A DNA stretch of 64,000 nucleotides from Felis catus. Taxonomy: Eukaryota. Below, piece after piece: positions 14,152 through 27,745 of this stretch. The DNA is taken from NCBI RefSeq assembly GCF_018350175.1, contig NC_058368.1, positions 154,816,001-154,880,000 on the forward strand. The letters are read 5' to 3'. Each line of letters begins with the position of its first letter. Position 1 is the first letter of the stretch. The position numbers were made by a program, and so were the translations under genes. A model generated the notes under the pieces. It was given only the letters and a program-made list of their open reading frames with translations, made no database searches and was not told the DNA's origin.

Positions 14152-14676
14152 TGGATTAATCAGGGTTCTCCAGAGAAACAGAATCACTAGGATATATACA
14201 GATAGAAGTACCAGGTGATTTATTATATGAATTAGCTCACATGATTATAGAAGCTGAGACGTCCCATGATCTGCTGTCTGTAAACTGAAGAACCAGGAAA
14301 GCCAGTGGAATATTTCAGTTTGAGTCACAAGGACCAAGAATCAGGCCAGCTGATGATGTAACTCCCACTCTGAAGAGGGTGCACTGCTGTAAGTCCCAGA
14401 GTCAGAAAACCCAAGACCCAAAAGTTCCAATGTCCAAGGGCAGAAGATGGACATTCCAGTCTCGAGGAGAGAGACTATTTACCCTCCCTCTGCCTTTTTA
14501 TTCCTTTTGGTCCTATAATCAATTGGATGATGCCTATCAACATTGGTGAGGGGACCTTCTTTACTCAGTCTGCTGATTCAAATGCACACTCTCATGGACA
14601 CACCCAGAAATAGTGTTTTATTAGCTATCTGGTCATCCCTTAGCCGAGTCAAATTGATATAAAATTAAGTATCACA
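14152..14676 (-). mobile_element. MLT2-family (ERVL) solo LTR
   Basis: tcagggttctccagagaaacagaa...gctcacatgattatagaagctgag...cacacccagaaatagtgttt...aaaattaagtatcaca is the reverse complement of an MLT2 LTR. Confidence 0.85.
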
Positions 14677-15539
14677 ACTGCTCAGGTCTTCCAGTGGATC
14701 CCAAGCCATGTAGATGTTTACACTGTGCTTCATAACTTTTCAGAATTCTCTGCCTCATTCTTTACCTCATTATCCCGCCTTATTTTCTCAGGCATACTTG
14801 ATGACTTTTATTACATCTCTTGAATCTGCATTTGCCTCTTAATCATTCTCTTCCAGTCTACTACCGCCATTTTAATTTCATCTTCCTCCATTTAAAAAGT
14901 TTCTAAGATTCACTTCCCTTAACTTCTCAGAATAGTTACCTTCTGCATTGCTGTTGACAGATAGGATCATGCTTCTGATGATAAAAACCACAAATACTGT
15001 TAGTGCCTGCTAGGAGTTAGCCACTGTGGACACATGGAGGATATGTATCACGTACCTCAAATGCACACCTCACGTCCTCTCTGCCTCTCCTGTCTCTTGT
15101 CCTAGTGCCTACTACATGATTAGCTCTGAATAGACTCTGATCAACTCCATGCCTAACCGAATTTTATTTCATCTCAGACATCACATCTCCTTCAACTAAC
15201 TATGGCCTTTGGGAGGGGAGGATTTTTTACAAATACATAATGAAAAAAGAAACTTGGACCTCTCTGTTGGTGGTAGTTAAAACAAGATTAACATTCATCC
15301 CCTTATATCCCCACTTAAATTTACCTAAAGGACAGAATTAAAGGAAATCTCACTAGCAGGAAGAGATAAGAGCAGTATACTGGGTCATTCACCTAATGTG
15401 GAAGGAGAAGTGATCTGAAGTGTGGTTATATATGAACTTGTGAATAGTGGGAAATGCCTTGGCTGCTCAGTTATGGGCCAAAGAGTGCTCAGCATAGAGG
15501 AGGAGTTAAATAAGAATATGGATAGGATGACTTGTCTTG

Positions 15540-15810
15540 TAGACAATCAGCCAGTTTACTTCCTCTGCTGCCACAGTGCCTGAGTGTCCTTGTGCAATGG
15601 GACTATGAAAAGAGTGGCCAGGATGAGCGGAAGCTGTGTGTGGGCTCCTTTTCACCAAGGCTAGTCTAATGACCGCCACATCTTAATGTTTACCAGTAGC
15701 TAAGACTGAACCTAAGTCTGTGATAAAGCACCATTTCTTGAAGCAACTAGCCCCTTGGTGGCAGGTGCATTACATCAGACCTCTTTTCCCTTTAGGGATA
15801 AACAATGATT
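15540..15810 (+). mobile_element. ERVL internal (integrase) relic
   Basis: Translates as QLAPWWQVHYIRPL (ORF 15720), resembling the ERVL integrase motif QPATWWQVDYIGPL. Confidence 0.6.
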
Positions 15811-16602
15811 TCTTACCAGAATCTAAGAGGGGAATTAGCCAAGAGAAGAAGGTGCGAGAAATATTCCAGGTGGTTGTACCAATAAGAGAGAAAGCTTTAA
15901 GGTCTGTTCCAGTAATTGAAAATATTTAGGTGAATATTTACCAGAAGGGTGGCAATAGATGAGACTGAAGCAAAACAAGGCCACACGAAGAAGTCTTAAA
16001 CACTTCCACACTACAAAGGAATTTTTGAGTTTATTGTCTCATTGGTAACCTGAAAGAGGTAAATCTTAGTTTTCAGTGTGCCTTTTTCTTAAAATAACAT
16101 TACATTTTAAGATACCTAATGAGATTCCTGCATTTGAAGGCTGATCTGTTTTCAGCCCACAAGGCTCTTTTGCTGGTATTTTCTGCCTAGCTCTCTACAT
16201 ACAGGCAATATTAGAGACCTGAAGAATATACTAAATACGTGAGACTTTTATCATAAGTGGCCTTCATGAAGCCACTCTATGAATTTCAAAGTAAGGAGGT
16301 ATTTTAAAAGACATCTAGTTCAAGTTTCTTCTTGGTTTTCCTATTTTTAATATCAAAAATGCACTCCTTTTCTTATAAGAAATGTAAAAGTAAAATAAAG
16401 AAAAATACCAAATTGAAGCTTTCATATATATTGAGAATCTGCCAAAATTGAGTTATAAGCATCCATAATTGAGGGATTGGAAATCTGATGTCTTCAGTTG
16501 CCAGACAGGTAAAGGACATTAGTAAAATGGAATTAGTATACAAGAGTAGAGAATGACATACAAATCTGAGTTAACCAGATTGAGTGTGCCTCTTTTAAAG
16601 AC

Positions 16603-16810
16603 ATTTTTATTTTTGTTTTTGTAAGTTTATTTTGAGAGAGAGAGCATAAGCAGGGGAGGGGCACAGAGAGAGAGAGAGGAGAGAGAGAGAGAATCCCAAG
16701 CAGGCTCCATGCTGCCAGTACAGAGCCCAATGTGGGGCTTGAACTCATGAACTCATGAACTGTGAGATCATGACCTAAGCTGAAACCAAGAGTCAGACAC
16801 TTAACCAGAT
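16603..16810 (-). mobile_element. CanSINE with rearranged 5' end
   Basis: Body gagaatcccaagcaggctcc...gagatcatgacc...agtcagacacttaacc; head replaced by short tandem repeats. Confidence 0.9.
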
Positions 16811-17109
16811 GAGTGCCCCAATTTTAACCAGATGAGTGCCCCAACTTAACCAGATGCCCCAATTTTGTTCTTAATTGACCTCTGTGTCTGTGGGTTCATC
16901 TGTGGTTTCTGATACATGGTACCAAGCTGTAGACAGGTGGTGGTAACCAAAATTAGGTGACCATCAAAATCATTGGGCAACCTATTAAAACCGAATAGGT
17001 TTCGAATTTCTGGGGTCTACCTAAGTTTCTTATTTTAACATGAGTGCCTTGGTTTGCCTTGGCTTTGTAATTTATCTGTCTCTTTTTGGTCAGGGAAATC
17101 ACTAATTTA

Positions 17110-17240
17110 GGTAAATTTGTTCAGCAAATAATTTATCTAAGGTTAAATATTTGTCAGGGATTGTTCCAGATGCTAGGAATATAGTAGTGAATAAGTCTGT
17201 TATCCTAATATCATGAAGCTTACATTCTATGTAACATAAT
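17110..17240 (-). mobile_element. L2 3'-end fragment
   Basis: ttcagcaaataatttat...tgttccagatgctaggaatatagtagtgaataag...catgaagcttacattcta. Confidence 0.6.
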
Positions 17241-20200
17241 AAAAATGGGTATGTCTCTACTCCTAATGGCAACATGATAAACCAAATTCTGTTTATTGTA
17301 TTAGACAAGGATAAATCAAGGTTTAAATTAACCATTTAATCGGAAAAGCTACTGATTCATCCATGAACAAAAGAAAACCATAAAATTGCAATATTCTTTC
17401 ATTCTCTTATTACTTCCTATATTTAGAGATAGCAATTCTGCTTGATAGTTCATTTATACAAGTCAGTTCTATAAATCCAGTTTTATAAAGTTATGAAGAT
17501 AGAATAGCTTACATAAGGTTTATTAAATTAATGTTAAATTATTCATTGAATTTTCAATACTGCTAAAAACAGGATGAATACAAAACAAATAAAAAATGTC
17601 TAAGATTTTAGATTCCTCCATTGTCTTTATTCTATGAACTTGACACAACCTTACTACAAGCCTTCCCTTTCTTAAAGAACTTGCAGTGCCGTCTCCCATT
17701 TTGTCTTGATTTTTGAGGACTGCTCATAGGAGCTAGGTTTATCATCTAGAGCACAAAATAAGATAAGTTGTTTAAGAAACATATTTCATGGCCTCCTGCC
17801 ATGGTAGAATTTTCCCCAGGAATCTTGCATTTTTTTCTTTTGAGTCACATCAGATAGTCTCTTCCACTTCCACCCTGGTCTCTTCCACTGGGTGGTCAGT
17901 GCACTGCTTGCTTAAAAACAGCTGCGGAGACAAACCACCCTAAATAACCTCCATTTTGATAGAAAAATTACAACTCTCAAGAGACTTGAGGCATTGTAGT
18001 CCTGACTTGCTGACCTCGGCCAACTGTTGTGGCTGCTCACAAATGAACCCACCAATGAGGAAATTAGAAAAAATCTGGAATGCGTTTCGTGGCCAGAATA
18101 AACTCATTCTAGAGGGAGGGAAAGACACTGTCCATTTTATTTTCCAGGGTAATGTCTATCACATGGAAGTCCTAATGAACACTCAGATATATTTTTTTTC
18201 CTCCATTTTTGGCTGCACACTAATGCTGGTGGACACTCCTTCATTCAATGTTCTTTGTGGGCCAGCAGCTGCACTATGGAATTATTCTGGTAATTGAACA
18301 AGAATAAGATTTTTTCTTCTTTTGAAGTGATTAAAGTAAGTTCTTTAGATATCAAAGATGGAGCCATGTAGCATTGGATAGAAATATACTCTTATTAGAC
18401 CTAGTTCTTTCTTCTCATCGATATTGTTTATTGGGACATTTTATTCAATACCTACTATTTGAAAGATACTAGGTAAAGTGCTTCATTTGTTTGTTTAATA
18501 TTGGAACGTGAAATCCTTTGCTAGCTGAGTAATTCACAGCGATTGCATTATCATCAAGCTTCTTCCAGGAGATTACTGAATTTTTATTTAGGGAAGAGAA
18601 TTTGTTGGATAAATTCAAATGCATAATATACTTAAAAACGGGGGACTCCATAATCACAAATGACAGGAAAAACACTCGAGTGTTGCCAGGGTTAATAACT
18701 CATAGATTTCACAGGAACAAGTTTGTTTTTAGGTGGCTAAAGTACAATAATTCCTAATGATTTTTCTTTCAAATCTTTCCTGTAAGCATACATCTGCTGC
18801 TTTTGAGATTTAATTGTAGATACGGCCTACGCCGGCCAAAAAGAAAAAGATCTGTGCTCTCTTCAAAACACCTCTCATTTCACATTTAATCAAAGGCCTG
18901 CCTTCATTTGATCTCAGTCCCACACAGCTATTCTTCACACTCCAACTTAAAGGCACTGGGCTTACAAAGTACAAGCACTAGCGTTTGGGGTGATGGTGAG
19001 GAGAAAATTTCCTCACAGTGTCGAGCATAGTGTGAGACTGGGGTGCTCATCTTCCTTACTGAATTGTTTGCCAAGGAAATCCAGCCCATGATAAACAGAC
19101 AAATGTCTGAGATCACTGTGGCTCAGTCTCTGATGAGGCAGCTGCTTCCATGCTGTGTTTGTTGTTCCAGGATATTGTAAATACTAATATTTTATAAGCT
19201 CTGGTACAGTTTAGAAATGAAGCTCATAAACATAATTCACTAATTCCGAGTTTTCCAAAACACACAGCCTGGGACAATCTTGCTCGAGGTCAGCCTGTGG
19301 ATTGGACTCTGAATTCCTAGTAGTTGCACTGGGCAGAAGACATTTGGGATGTGCGAAATGTCAACTGATCCGTCTTTCAGAAAGACAGAGCGAGTTTGTA
19401 CTTACATACCCAAATCCAATTCCTAGGGACGTAACAGAACAGAAGAGGGTACCTGCATTTAAAAGGTATAAAAAGTGTTATAACATGAAATAAGAGGACC
19501 AGATGGCAGGAAAGTTTAAGGGGGGGGGGGAGTGTGTTCATTATTAAAGTCACCATGATTACTTGTTTTCTTCTCTAGCATGAACAAAGGCTGTGATATC
19601 ATATTGCATGCAAAGCATCGATTGAGGATCTTCTGCTAAAACACTAAACAAACTGTCACATTTGTTTCTGAATTCTCATCCTCTTTGGCACGTTTTTGGA
19701 TCTGATCTATATCAGCAGTCTCTTTTTCTCTTACTTATTTCTGTATTCTCAGAACCAAGGCTCCCCTGCTCTTTCTGAATGCTTTCCTTCCTCTCATCAC
19801 TAACTCAAGTACCCTTTAGAGGTGCTGAGTTTTCTGCCCACTAACCACTTACGTTTGCTTTGTAAGGAAGTACCTATCTACGTAGTATGTTTAACAGTGT
19901 GCCTGTTTCCTAGAAATGCAACAAGAAATAAAAATGCCAACCCCCTTGTATATATTGGAGATTGGCTTGGTTAATTTTATTAGATAGCTTAGTGGATACA
20001 CAGGCAAATGCGCCAAGGACTGAGATAAAATCCACATCTTAAAGCATAGCAACCGATAAAAAACATATTGATGAATACGTGGCTAAAGCAGATACTATGT
20101 GAGAGTAATAGAGTAGATGAAAATATTTTGTAAATTCTTTAGCACTGTACACACATTACCGCGATTGTTTTTCCTTTAAGACATCGCACTGAGAGTGAAT

Positions 20201-22131
20201 TAAATAAGATGCCAATTGCCTATTAAAAACGTTGCCTTAATTAGTAGTTGGGAACCCCCCTCTTTGTATTAAAGGGCAATAATGATGGAAAGACCTGCTA
20301 CATGTGGGATCTTTCTTTTCTTTATCCTAAGTTGGTGATGCTATTTGGGTAATAACTGATGAAAGGACTAGGGTGCCAACCAATTTGCAGTTAAGTGGCT
20401 AATTAAGACCCAAAGCAAAGCTGCCAGGAGGTTGGTTCTCCTACTGTAAAGTGACACATAAAAGCAATTAGAATGGGGCTGGCTTTGCTAGGACATATTT
20501 AAATTTGAACCAAACTTTGGGCCGGTTATTATTTTATGTTAATATATTCCTCCGTAAGACAGAATCAGAGAGGAAAGGGAATCATTTAGGACATAAAAAT
20601 AAATTAGAATATTACTTGGATTCGCAGGACTTCAGAAGTGAAAAAAAGCAAAACTATAAAATCACTTCTATGTTTGCAGTCATAACAGGGGCACTATATG
20701 TAATTAGCTTCCCTCCTCTCAGAGGAAATGAGAATAGGTGCGTGGAGCACAGTCATCCAACAAGAGAAAAGTCTCTTCGTTCTTGGGTCTGTTGTCACCT
20801 GTCTGTCATACTGCATGAGTGTGACACCTAGCCCAGAACGGCAAGGTTTTTAGAATTGTTATATTTCAAATTGGGCCAAGCCAGGGTTAACATTTAAATA
20901 TAGATGCTCTAATAGCACAGGGCGGAAAACAGATTCTCTCTGGGGTTAGAAAAAAGATTTGAAGTGGATGAGGAAAAGTAGAGAGAACTGGGGAAGATGG
21001 AAATTACAACACAAATTATCCACATGTAAGGGAAGGGTGGTTGGGGAGAGGAGACAACCTTTAAAATCACAGTTCCAGTGGCACCTTCGAGTTGTGGGGA
21101 AGCACAGTCCATTTATACCTTGCCCTTGTGATTTATGATGTCACCATTAAACCCCCTGATGGCCTTATATCCTTGTAATTTGCGGTTGCCTAGCATTTTT
21201 TTCTACATACAACTCAATAACTCATTGTGTAGCTATTTCGCACACACATAAACACACACATTAGTGTGAATATGGGTGTGCTGAATCTGTCGTCGATGGA
21301 AACCATGATTTTTGATGTAATAATGAGTTGGTTTAACAAAAGGCAAGAAATCACGGACTGGATGCGTAGCCAGCGTATCACCAGTGTTCCCGTGAGGCAT
21401 CGGAAGAAGACAGGGCACTGCATGTTACCACAAACAGATTTCACTTCGACTGTCTCTCCACTCTTGTTAAGAATTAAAGAAGCAAAACTGTTTGGAAGGG
21501 GCAGCCAAAAATCATTATTGAAGGAAATCTGTGAGATTGCACAGAGATAAAGAAGGAAATATATTCAATTCACCTCAACATTATAGTAATAGGATTAGAA
21601 AATAACAGGATTAGAAATGAGACCTTCAGGGCTAAATTCTACTTCCCCGGGAGATCGCTGGTTGGATCTCTTCACCGCCCAGGGAATCTCTGCTTCCTTC
21701 CAGAGTGTCTAGTCATGGCCAGTAATCGTGACACCATAAATCTGAGACAGAGAAGGTTCTGGAACCTTTGCTTTAAGACTATAATACAACTAGTCATTAG
21801 CATTTCTGTGGGGGTGAGAGGTGGTTTTCAACATCTCTTATGTTAGCTTTTAAACTGACTTCTGTAATTATTCTCCAACGGAAACATGAATGCCAGCAAC
21901 TTTCTGGGGAGTTATTTTTATTTCTATTTGAATATTTTAGCTACAATGCTGGATATGCACTGCTGGATCTCTGAGAATGCTGTTCTAAAATGCTATATTT
22001 ATCAAATGACCAAAGAGCACATGCTGCCTGGATTAAATTTATCCCAAGATGAGAGGTTTTATCTCTAATCATCTGCTTGTTGACTAATCTGGATGCATCT
22101 TGTGCAGGTTTGATGGTTGAGACGTAACACG

Positions 22132-22171
22132 CTAAAGTGATCCAGATCTCTTTGTCTTTGCGTTCGCCTTC
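22132..22171 (-). other. Candidate start of a terminal exon of an unidentified minus-strand gene (phase-2 reading KANAKTKRSGSL*)
   Basis: Acceptor cttcattatttccatgtttcag|G, followed on the minus strand by ~4 kb of repeat-free, CpG-retaining sequence. No homologue recognised. Confidence 0.3.
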
Positions 22172-22467
22172 CTGAAACATGGAAATAATGAAGGGGGCTA
22201 CCCTGAATTCATCACGCCTTACGGTAACATCCTCGTTGAATAAGGCTGCTGGTTCGACATGAGAAAAAGTGGGGTGCTCTTTTTAAAGCAACGTAATACG
22301 TAAAATCACAAACATTTTTAAAAACTGTAGGATAGCTTTTCTGCAATGCATTTAAAGCCCGCATCAGGTGTAATTCTGAAGAGTATGTGTTTCTATGGAA
22401 TTCTAGTCCACCTGTTCTGGGGCCCATGTCACATTATAAAATTGTTCTTTTCGCCTGCGTCTGATAT

Positions 22468-22575
22468 GCTAGACTGTGATCTCCTTGAAAAAAGAAATAT
22501 TTACTTGCCATATTTATATGCCTATCAGCCTCCCACTCAACTCCAGGCACATTGTGAGCATTCACTAAACCCACC
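22468..22575 (+). mobile_element. L2 3'-end fragment
   Basis: ctagactgtgatctccttgaa...ccaggcacattgtgagcattcactaaa. Confidence 0.55.
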
Positions 22576-23536
22576 ATAAGAAAGGTTGACTACTTCCCTG
22601 TGTTTAAGACACTTCATGGTGAGCAAACCAGCCTTGTTACCTTCAGTAACCTCTTCCATGGGACTGCCTTATTATTATTATTCTTATTTTTTGCATTAGG
22701 GTTTATAAAATTCTACATTGGGATTAGATCACGTGTCTTGCAGACCTGCTTTCCACAAAATGAAAAAATCAATACGAAGGATATCCATAACAAGCTCAAT
22801 AACGCAGCCTTTCTCTTTGGCAGCTTTTAATGCCAGCAAAGAAAAATTAACGAATGAGGAACTTTTAAGATATAGAGTTCTGGAGTGAGCATAGAATCAT
22901 TTGCGTTTCTACTATCCTATACTAGGGCCTATCAAAAATTGTAAGCAGCTTTTCTGCTGGCTACATTTTCCCCGTGGGTTATTTTCTTTTCTATTAAGTA
23001 ATTCCTTAATGCCCAGGGAGTTAAAATTCTGTTGAAAAGAGAGTTCTTAGCATCTCCTAAGATTCAAAGCCTTCCCGCACTTTTTTTTTTTTTGATCTTG
23101 AAGTTTTTAAAGTGCCGCCTGTATAGTTAAATGTGTCTTTCGTGACATATTTATTTTACAGTATTTCTAAGGTTAAATATATTTGTGTAGATGTTGTGTA
23201 ATCAGAATCTTACTCTCAATCACTTTCCACCTCATTTTGTTGCATGATCTAATACTTTCGAGAAGCTATGCAAACTTTTGGCCTTTTATAATTCTCATCT
23301 CAATATGATATCATAGTAGTAACCAAAGAAAAAGGGAAAATTGAAAATATGTCAATGCCTGTTTATTTTTTTCCCTGAGGCTAAGATAAACATCATCTTT
23401 CCAATTTCCAGCCAACATTTTAGAGGTGCAGGGGAATGTCCATCAAAAAATGAGATATTTCAAACACATTGTGTGAACCATTTAATATTTCTTCACCAAT
23501 GAAAGCATGCATTAGCTATGGTCAAAGCCATAAAAA

Positions 23537-23747
23537 AATTTTTTCTTCGTTTTTTTAAGTCTACTTATTTATTTTGAGAGAGGCAGAGTGAGAAAGGGAG
23601 GAACAGAGGGAGGGAGCGGAGAGAGAATCCCAAGTAGGCTCTGTGCTGAGAGCACAGAGCTTCATTTGGGGCTCAAACTCACAAACTGTGAGATCATGGC
23701 CTGAGCCGAAACCAGACACTTAGCTGACTGAGCCACTCAGGCTCTCC
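23537..23747 (-). mobile_element. CanSINE
   Basis: T-tail, gagaatcccaagtaggctc...actgtgagatcatggcctgagccgaa...ctgagccactcaggctctcc. Confidence 0.92.
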
Positions 23748-24067
23748 TATTTTCTTTTTTAAATGAAGATATGATCTAATTATAAAGTATTCTTCTCTTG
23801 AGATTAGTATATAATGATGGGGAATTGATTCATTTATCAATTTTCCCCTCTCTTGCTTTTGATAAAAAATCACAGACTATGGTCTTTGAACCTTGGCTAA
23901 TTCCAGTCATCCAATGTCTTACTGGCCTTGCTCAGGGTGGGAGTGGCTTTTGAAAATTGTATGCTGCTCCTCAATTACAGTGATGTATTATATAAAAGCA
24001 ACATGGTTTTAGCAGTTCGGCATTATAAAGAGAGTTGCCAGAATAGATATAGCATACAGAGATGTGA

Positions 24068-24068
<1 letters not shown>

Positions 24069-24096
<28 letters not shown>
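24069..24096. repeat. (TG)n microsatellite
   Basis: Seen directly. Confidence 0.95.
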
Positions 24097-24098
<2 letters not shown>

Positions 24099-25721
24099 TG
24101 CGTGCTCATGCATGTGTATATAATCCTAAAATGAAGAGACATCTATTCTGCTAATAGCTGTGTACTTGGTCCCATCTACACTTTGATTGTACATCAGTTA
24201 TGATGTGTCTCTTTCTAACAGGAAGGATACCGATTTTGATGAATAGCTAAAAGGTAAGATCATTCTTAAAGGTGTGAGTGATTAATAATGGCCATGCATA
24301 GATTTTTTTCTAAGAGTGTAAATAAAATATATCATTCACATGAAGGGCAGGAGTTTGGCAGAATGATTCATAGTGCATTTGAAAGCATAAAAAGTCAAAT
24401 CTAGGGTCTCTTCTAAGTGTGTCAAAGAGGAAACTTATTTAAACATTTGAAATATTCAAGTAGATGATGAAATATTTGAGTGGATGTATAGAAATTATAT
24501 GCCTTATGGGGTACTAAAGACAGAACTAATGTTTTTAATTACCACCAATTAGACAAAACCAAACATTTCTCTTTTAGTAGCAAAAAAGAAATAGTATGAC
24601 AGGATTAAGTGGATAAAAGAAGAAGGTGGCAGGTATATACCATGGCACTTGGACCATTTACTTCAATCCAACCAAGATTTATTACAGAACCATTAGATTG
24701 GAGGTTCCTGTGGGAAGCTGTTGCATTAACATAAAGCTTGGCTCTAACATGGTCAGCATCCATACCAAAGTACATGGGCCCTATTAAATTGCTAACTAAT
24801 GCAAAAAACTGACAAAACTGTTATATGAAGATAGAAGAATTATTCCATATATCAAAGTACATTAACAAATAATCTATATGGTTGGTCTTTGTTTATTCTC
24901 TGCCAATGGTCTGGAGCTCATGATATTTTCACAAGTCACAAGAAAGCAAGCTTGTTGGCAATAAAGTACTATATGGCATGCTCTTCTATGACCCAGTACC
25001 CTAGAGATTGTGCATGTCACAGAAAGAAAAAGTCTCGGGCCCGGGGTCAAGATGAGATTCGACTTTTCTTCTACAAATCCTAGGTGAATGGAGGGTCACT
25101 AGTTGTGCCTTTCTCGCATGAAATGAAGGTGAAAAAATAGACTTCAAAATAAACTGCATAAAAAGGAACTTTGAGGACTATCTAGGGTCAAATGCCCATA
25201 CCCCCTAGAGATAAAAACAAGAACCATCGTTTGTACTCTTTTAAGAATAAAGACACGCTGATGAAGTTTTAATTTTTAAAAAAAAATTTTTACTTCATGC
25301 CTATAAAAGATTTTAGGAATGTAATTATCCTCATGTGATGCCTCTCCCTGTGAGGACATAGGGCATACATCCTGGGTGTGATAGAAGGCACAGTGACATT
25401 CTCTCTCTACAGTTATCATGGCCTTCCCCCTGTGTTCTTTGGCTGCCAATGTTCCCTGAAAGTCAGGACTTGTGTAAACAAGCCAGGCATGAGGCCTATT
25501 GATGGACAGAGATCTGACGAACACCTGACACCATCAGGAGCACGACTTTCAAATCAGAAAGGTAAAAACGTAGGAAATACCAAAGGATCATGTCATAGGT
25601 GAGACTTCACTACATTAAGGTCTTCACAGTATTTTTGGAAACTAAACTCCCTTTCAGAAAATCTAAGATATAACATGCTTTACTGAGTTGAATGCCACAG
25701 AATCTGTTATCCCCACCCTCT

Positions 25722-25723
<2 letters not shown>

Positions 25724-25764
<41 letters not shown>
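25724..25764. repeat. (TC)n microsatellite
   Basis: Seen directly. Confidence 0.95.
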
Positions 25765-25765
<1 letters not shown>

Positions 25766-25945
25766 ACACATGTTGAGCATCATCCTGCCTCTGGGTGTGG
25801 GGGTGCAGATATGTGTGTACATTATAGGCATAGATATGAATATCTTGAGCTTCCTGGGGTAGTAGGATTTAAAATCAGTTCAGTTCCCCTATTTAATACA
25901 TTTCAGGATTTGGGAATTCTTGGATAAATGTTGAACATGTTGCTT

Positions 25946-26003
25946 ATAATACACATCCAAATACAGAATTCAAAGTATAATTCTGTATTTAGATATGTGT
26001 TAT
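25946..26003. repeat. Inverted repeat, 25-bp arms (22/25 complementary), 8-nt loop
   Basis: ataatacacatccaaatacagaatt-caaagtat-aattctgtatttagatatgtgttat. Confidence 0.85.
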
Positions 26004-27683
26004 CCAGAATAGAAATATTTGTATCTGGTAAGCACCCTAGTGAGACACTATCATTTGTTTTACTCTAAGTTCTAACTCCAAAGTGTAATGTCTGAGCTTA
26101 AATAAAAATTAAAGCATCAAATATCTCAGAGAAAGCAGGACCGGGAAGGTGATGCTTAGGGAGGTCAATAACGGTAGGTGTATTAAAAAGGTTATAGTAT
26201 ATTTCTCTAGTTCAAAGTTCCTTTTTAGGATATATCTATTTGGAGATTTCATAAAAACACATTTATGCTTTCATTTACCAATATTATTAAGTACACACTG
26301 ATCTGAAAGATAAATACCATTTCAATATAATGTGAGTCATACATAAATAATTACATTGTGGTCAATGGAAAAATGGAATATACTAATCAGACAATGAAAC
26401 AACTACTTTGAAACTCTGTCAACAAATTTTGCTTTTTTTCTCTTGACTTTGCTTCCTGAAGGTGAGGGTAAGCAAGTCATTTCTTCCTTTGTTTTTCTCC
26501 CTTTGTTGGCTATGCTGCAACAGAGTAAATGAATCTCTTTGGTTGTCTTCCTCATCTTGTGTGGCCTGGGTGATTAAAGACTCTGCTAATTCTCTAGATG
26601 CTTACCTAAAGGTATCCTTCCCAGGCTTCCCTTTTCCCTGTCCTTTAAAGGAATCTTCAGGGAGCAAGCGGATGCCATTAACCACACAATGAGTCCCGAG
26701 ATGATTGTGCCTTCTTCCTCTTAAGCTGGTTGTTGTGGCCAAGTGGCAAAATGAGACACATGGAATAAGAACCAGTTGACAACCAGATGCAATGCATATA
26801 TTTGCAACATGAGGGAGATTCAAATAATTGAAGTGGTAAGACACACAGCCACACCTACTTTGAGTTTCCTCGAAGGGTACAGTCTCTGAGGCCTATCTCT
26901 GATTTCACGCCTTCTGTGGTGACACAGAGGTTCTTTCATGTGCTTTTATTTTCCCTTTTTATCTTGCTCTGACCACCACCACCCCTGTTCTTTTCAGTTC
27001 CTCAATTCCTCAATTCTTGCAGTCTGGAAAGACCCCATGTTTGCTTAGGTGAAAGACTTTCTATGCTGAGGTCCCTGACTATGGAGCCATTAATGGTTTC
27101 CAGATTTAGAACATGATTATTATTCTTTTGTTTTATTTTCTTTGACTTCTTCATTCTTCCTTCATTGCCAGAGTACCATTTGCAGATTGGCTATAGCCAA
27201 CTAGCTCCATAACTTAGCAAATCAATAAGTTGTTCGCCAAATCACCAACAAAGAGACACTCTGGTAGGACAGTACTATGAAGAATTAGTCTCTTTCCACT
27301 AAAATCCACCTGGTTTTAGTCATCAATACAATATATTGTACAAAAGAGGAGACTATTCTTCCTTAGAATTGCAATTAGAGCCTCCATTCAGATTGTAGTC
27401 ATACTTTAGTTTTAATTGCTTGTTTTAAATGTAATTTGTTGGATTCCTTTGACTCAAAACATACACAATCAGACTAAACAGGTGTTTTAGTGAGAAGAGT
27501 GTTTACAGAACAATTCAGGTGAGGTATTTCCAGATTGACTGGATGCAATTTTAATGACACAATCATCCTCAAGTGTGTGCTAACTCTTACTACATTCCAG
27601 TGACTTATTTATCAACATCACAGAGCACAGGAGGATACATTTCCCTCACTTTAAATATTTAATATTGACTATTTGAAATCACT

Positions 27684-27745
27684 AAAAAAGAAGAAGAGGA
27701 GGAGAAAAAGGAAGAGAAAGAGGGGGAGGAAGAGGAGGAAGGTGA
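27684..27745. repeat. Purine-rich (GAA/GAG) low-complexity tract
   Basis: Seen directly. Confidence 0.85.

Noticed and set aside
16801..16866. Short direct-repeat array (CRISPR-like)
   Set aside because: Tandem with no spacers, in a mammalian context, at a SINE junction.
26606..26725. Minus-strand exon candidate ending TAG|gtaagc
   Set aside because: Weak acceptor and no recognisable peptide.
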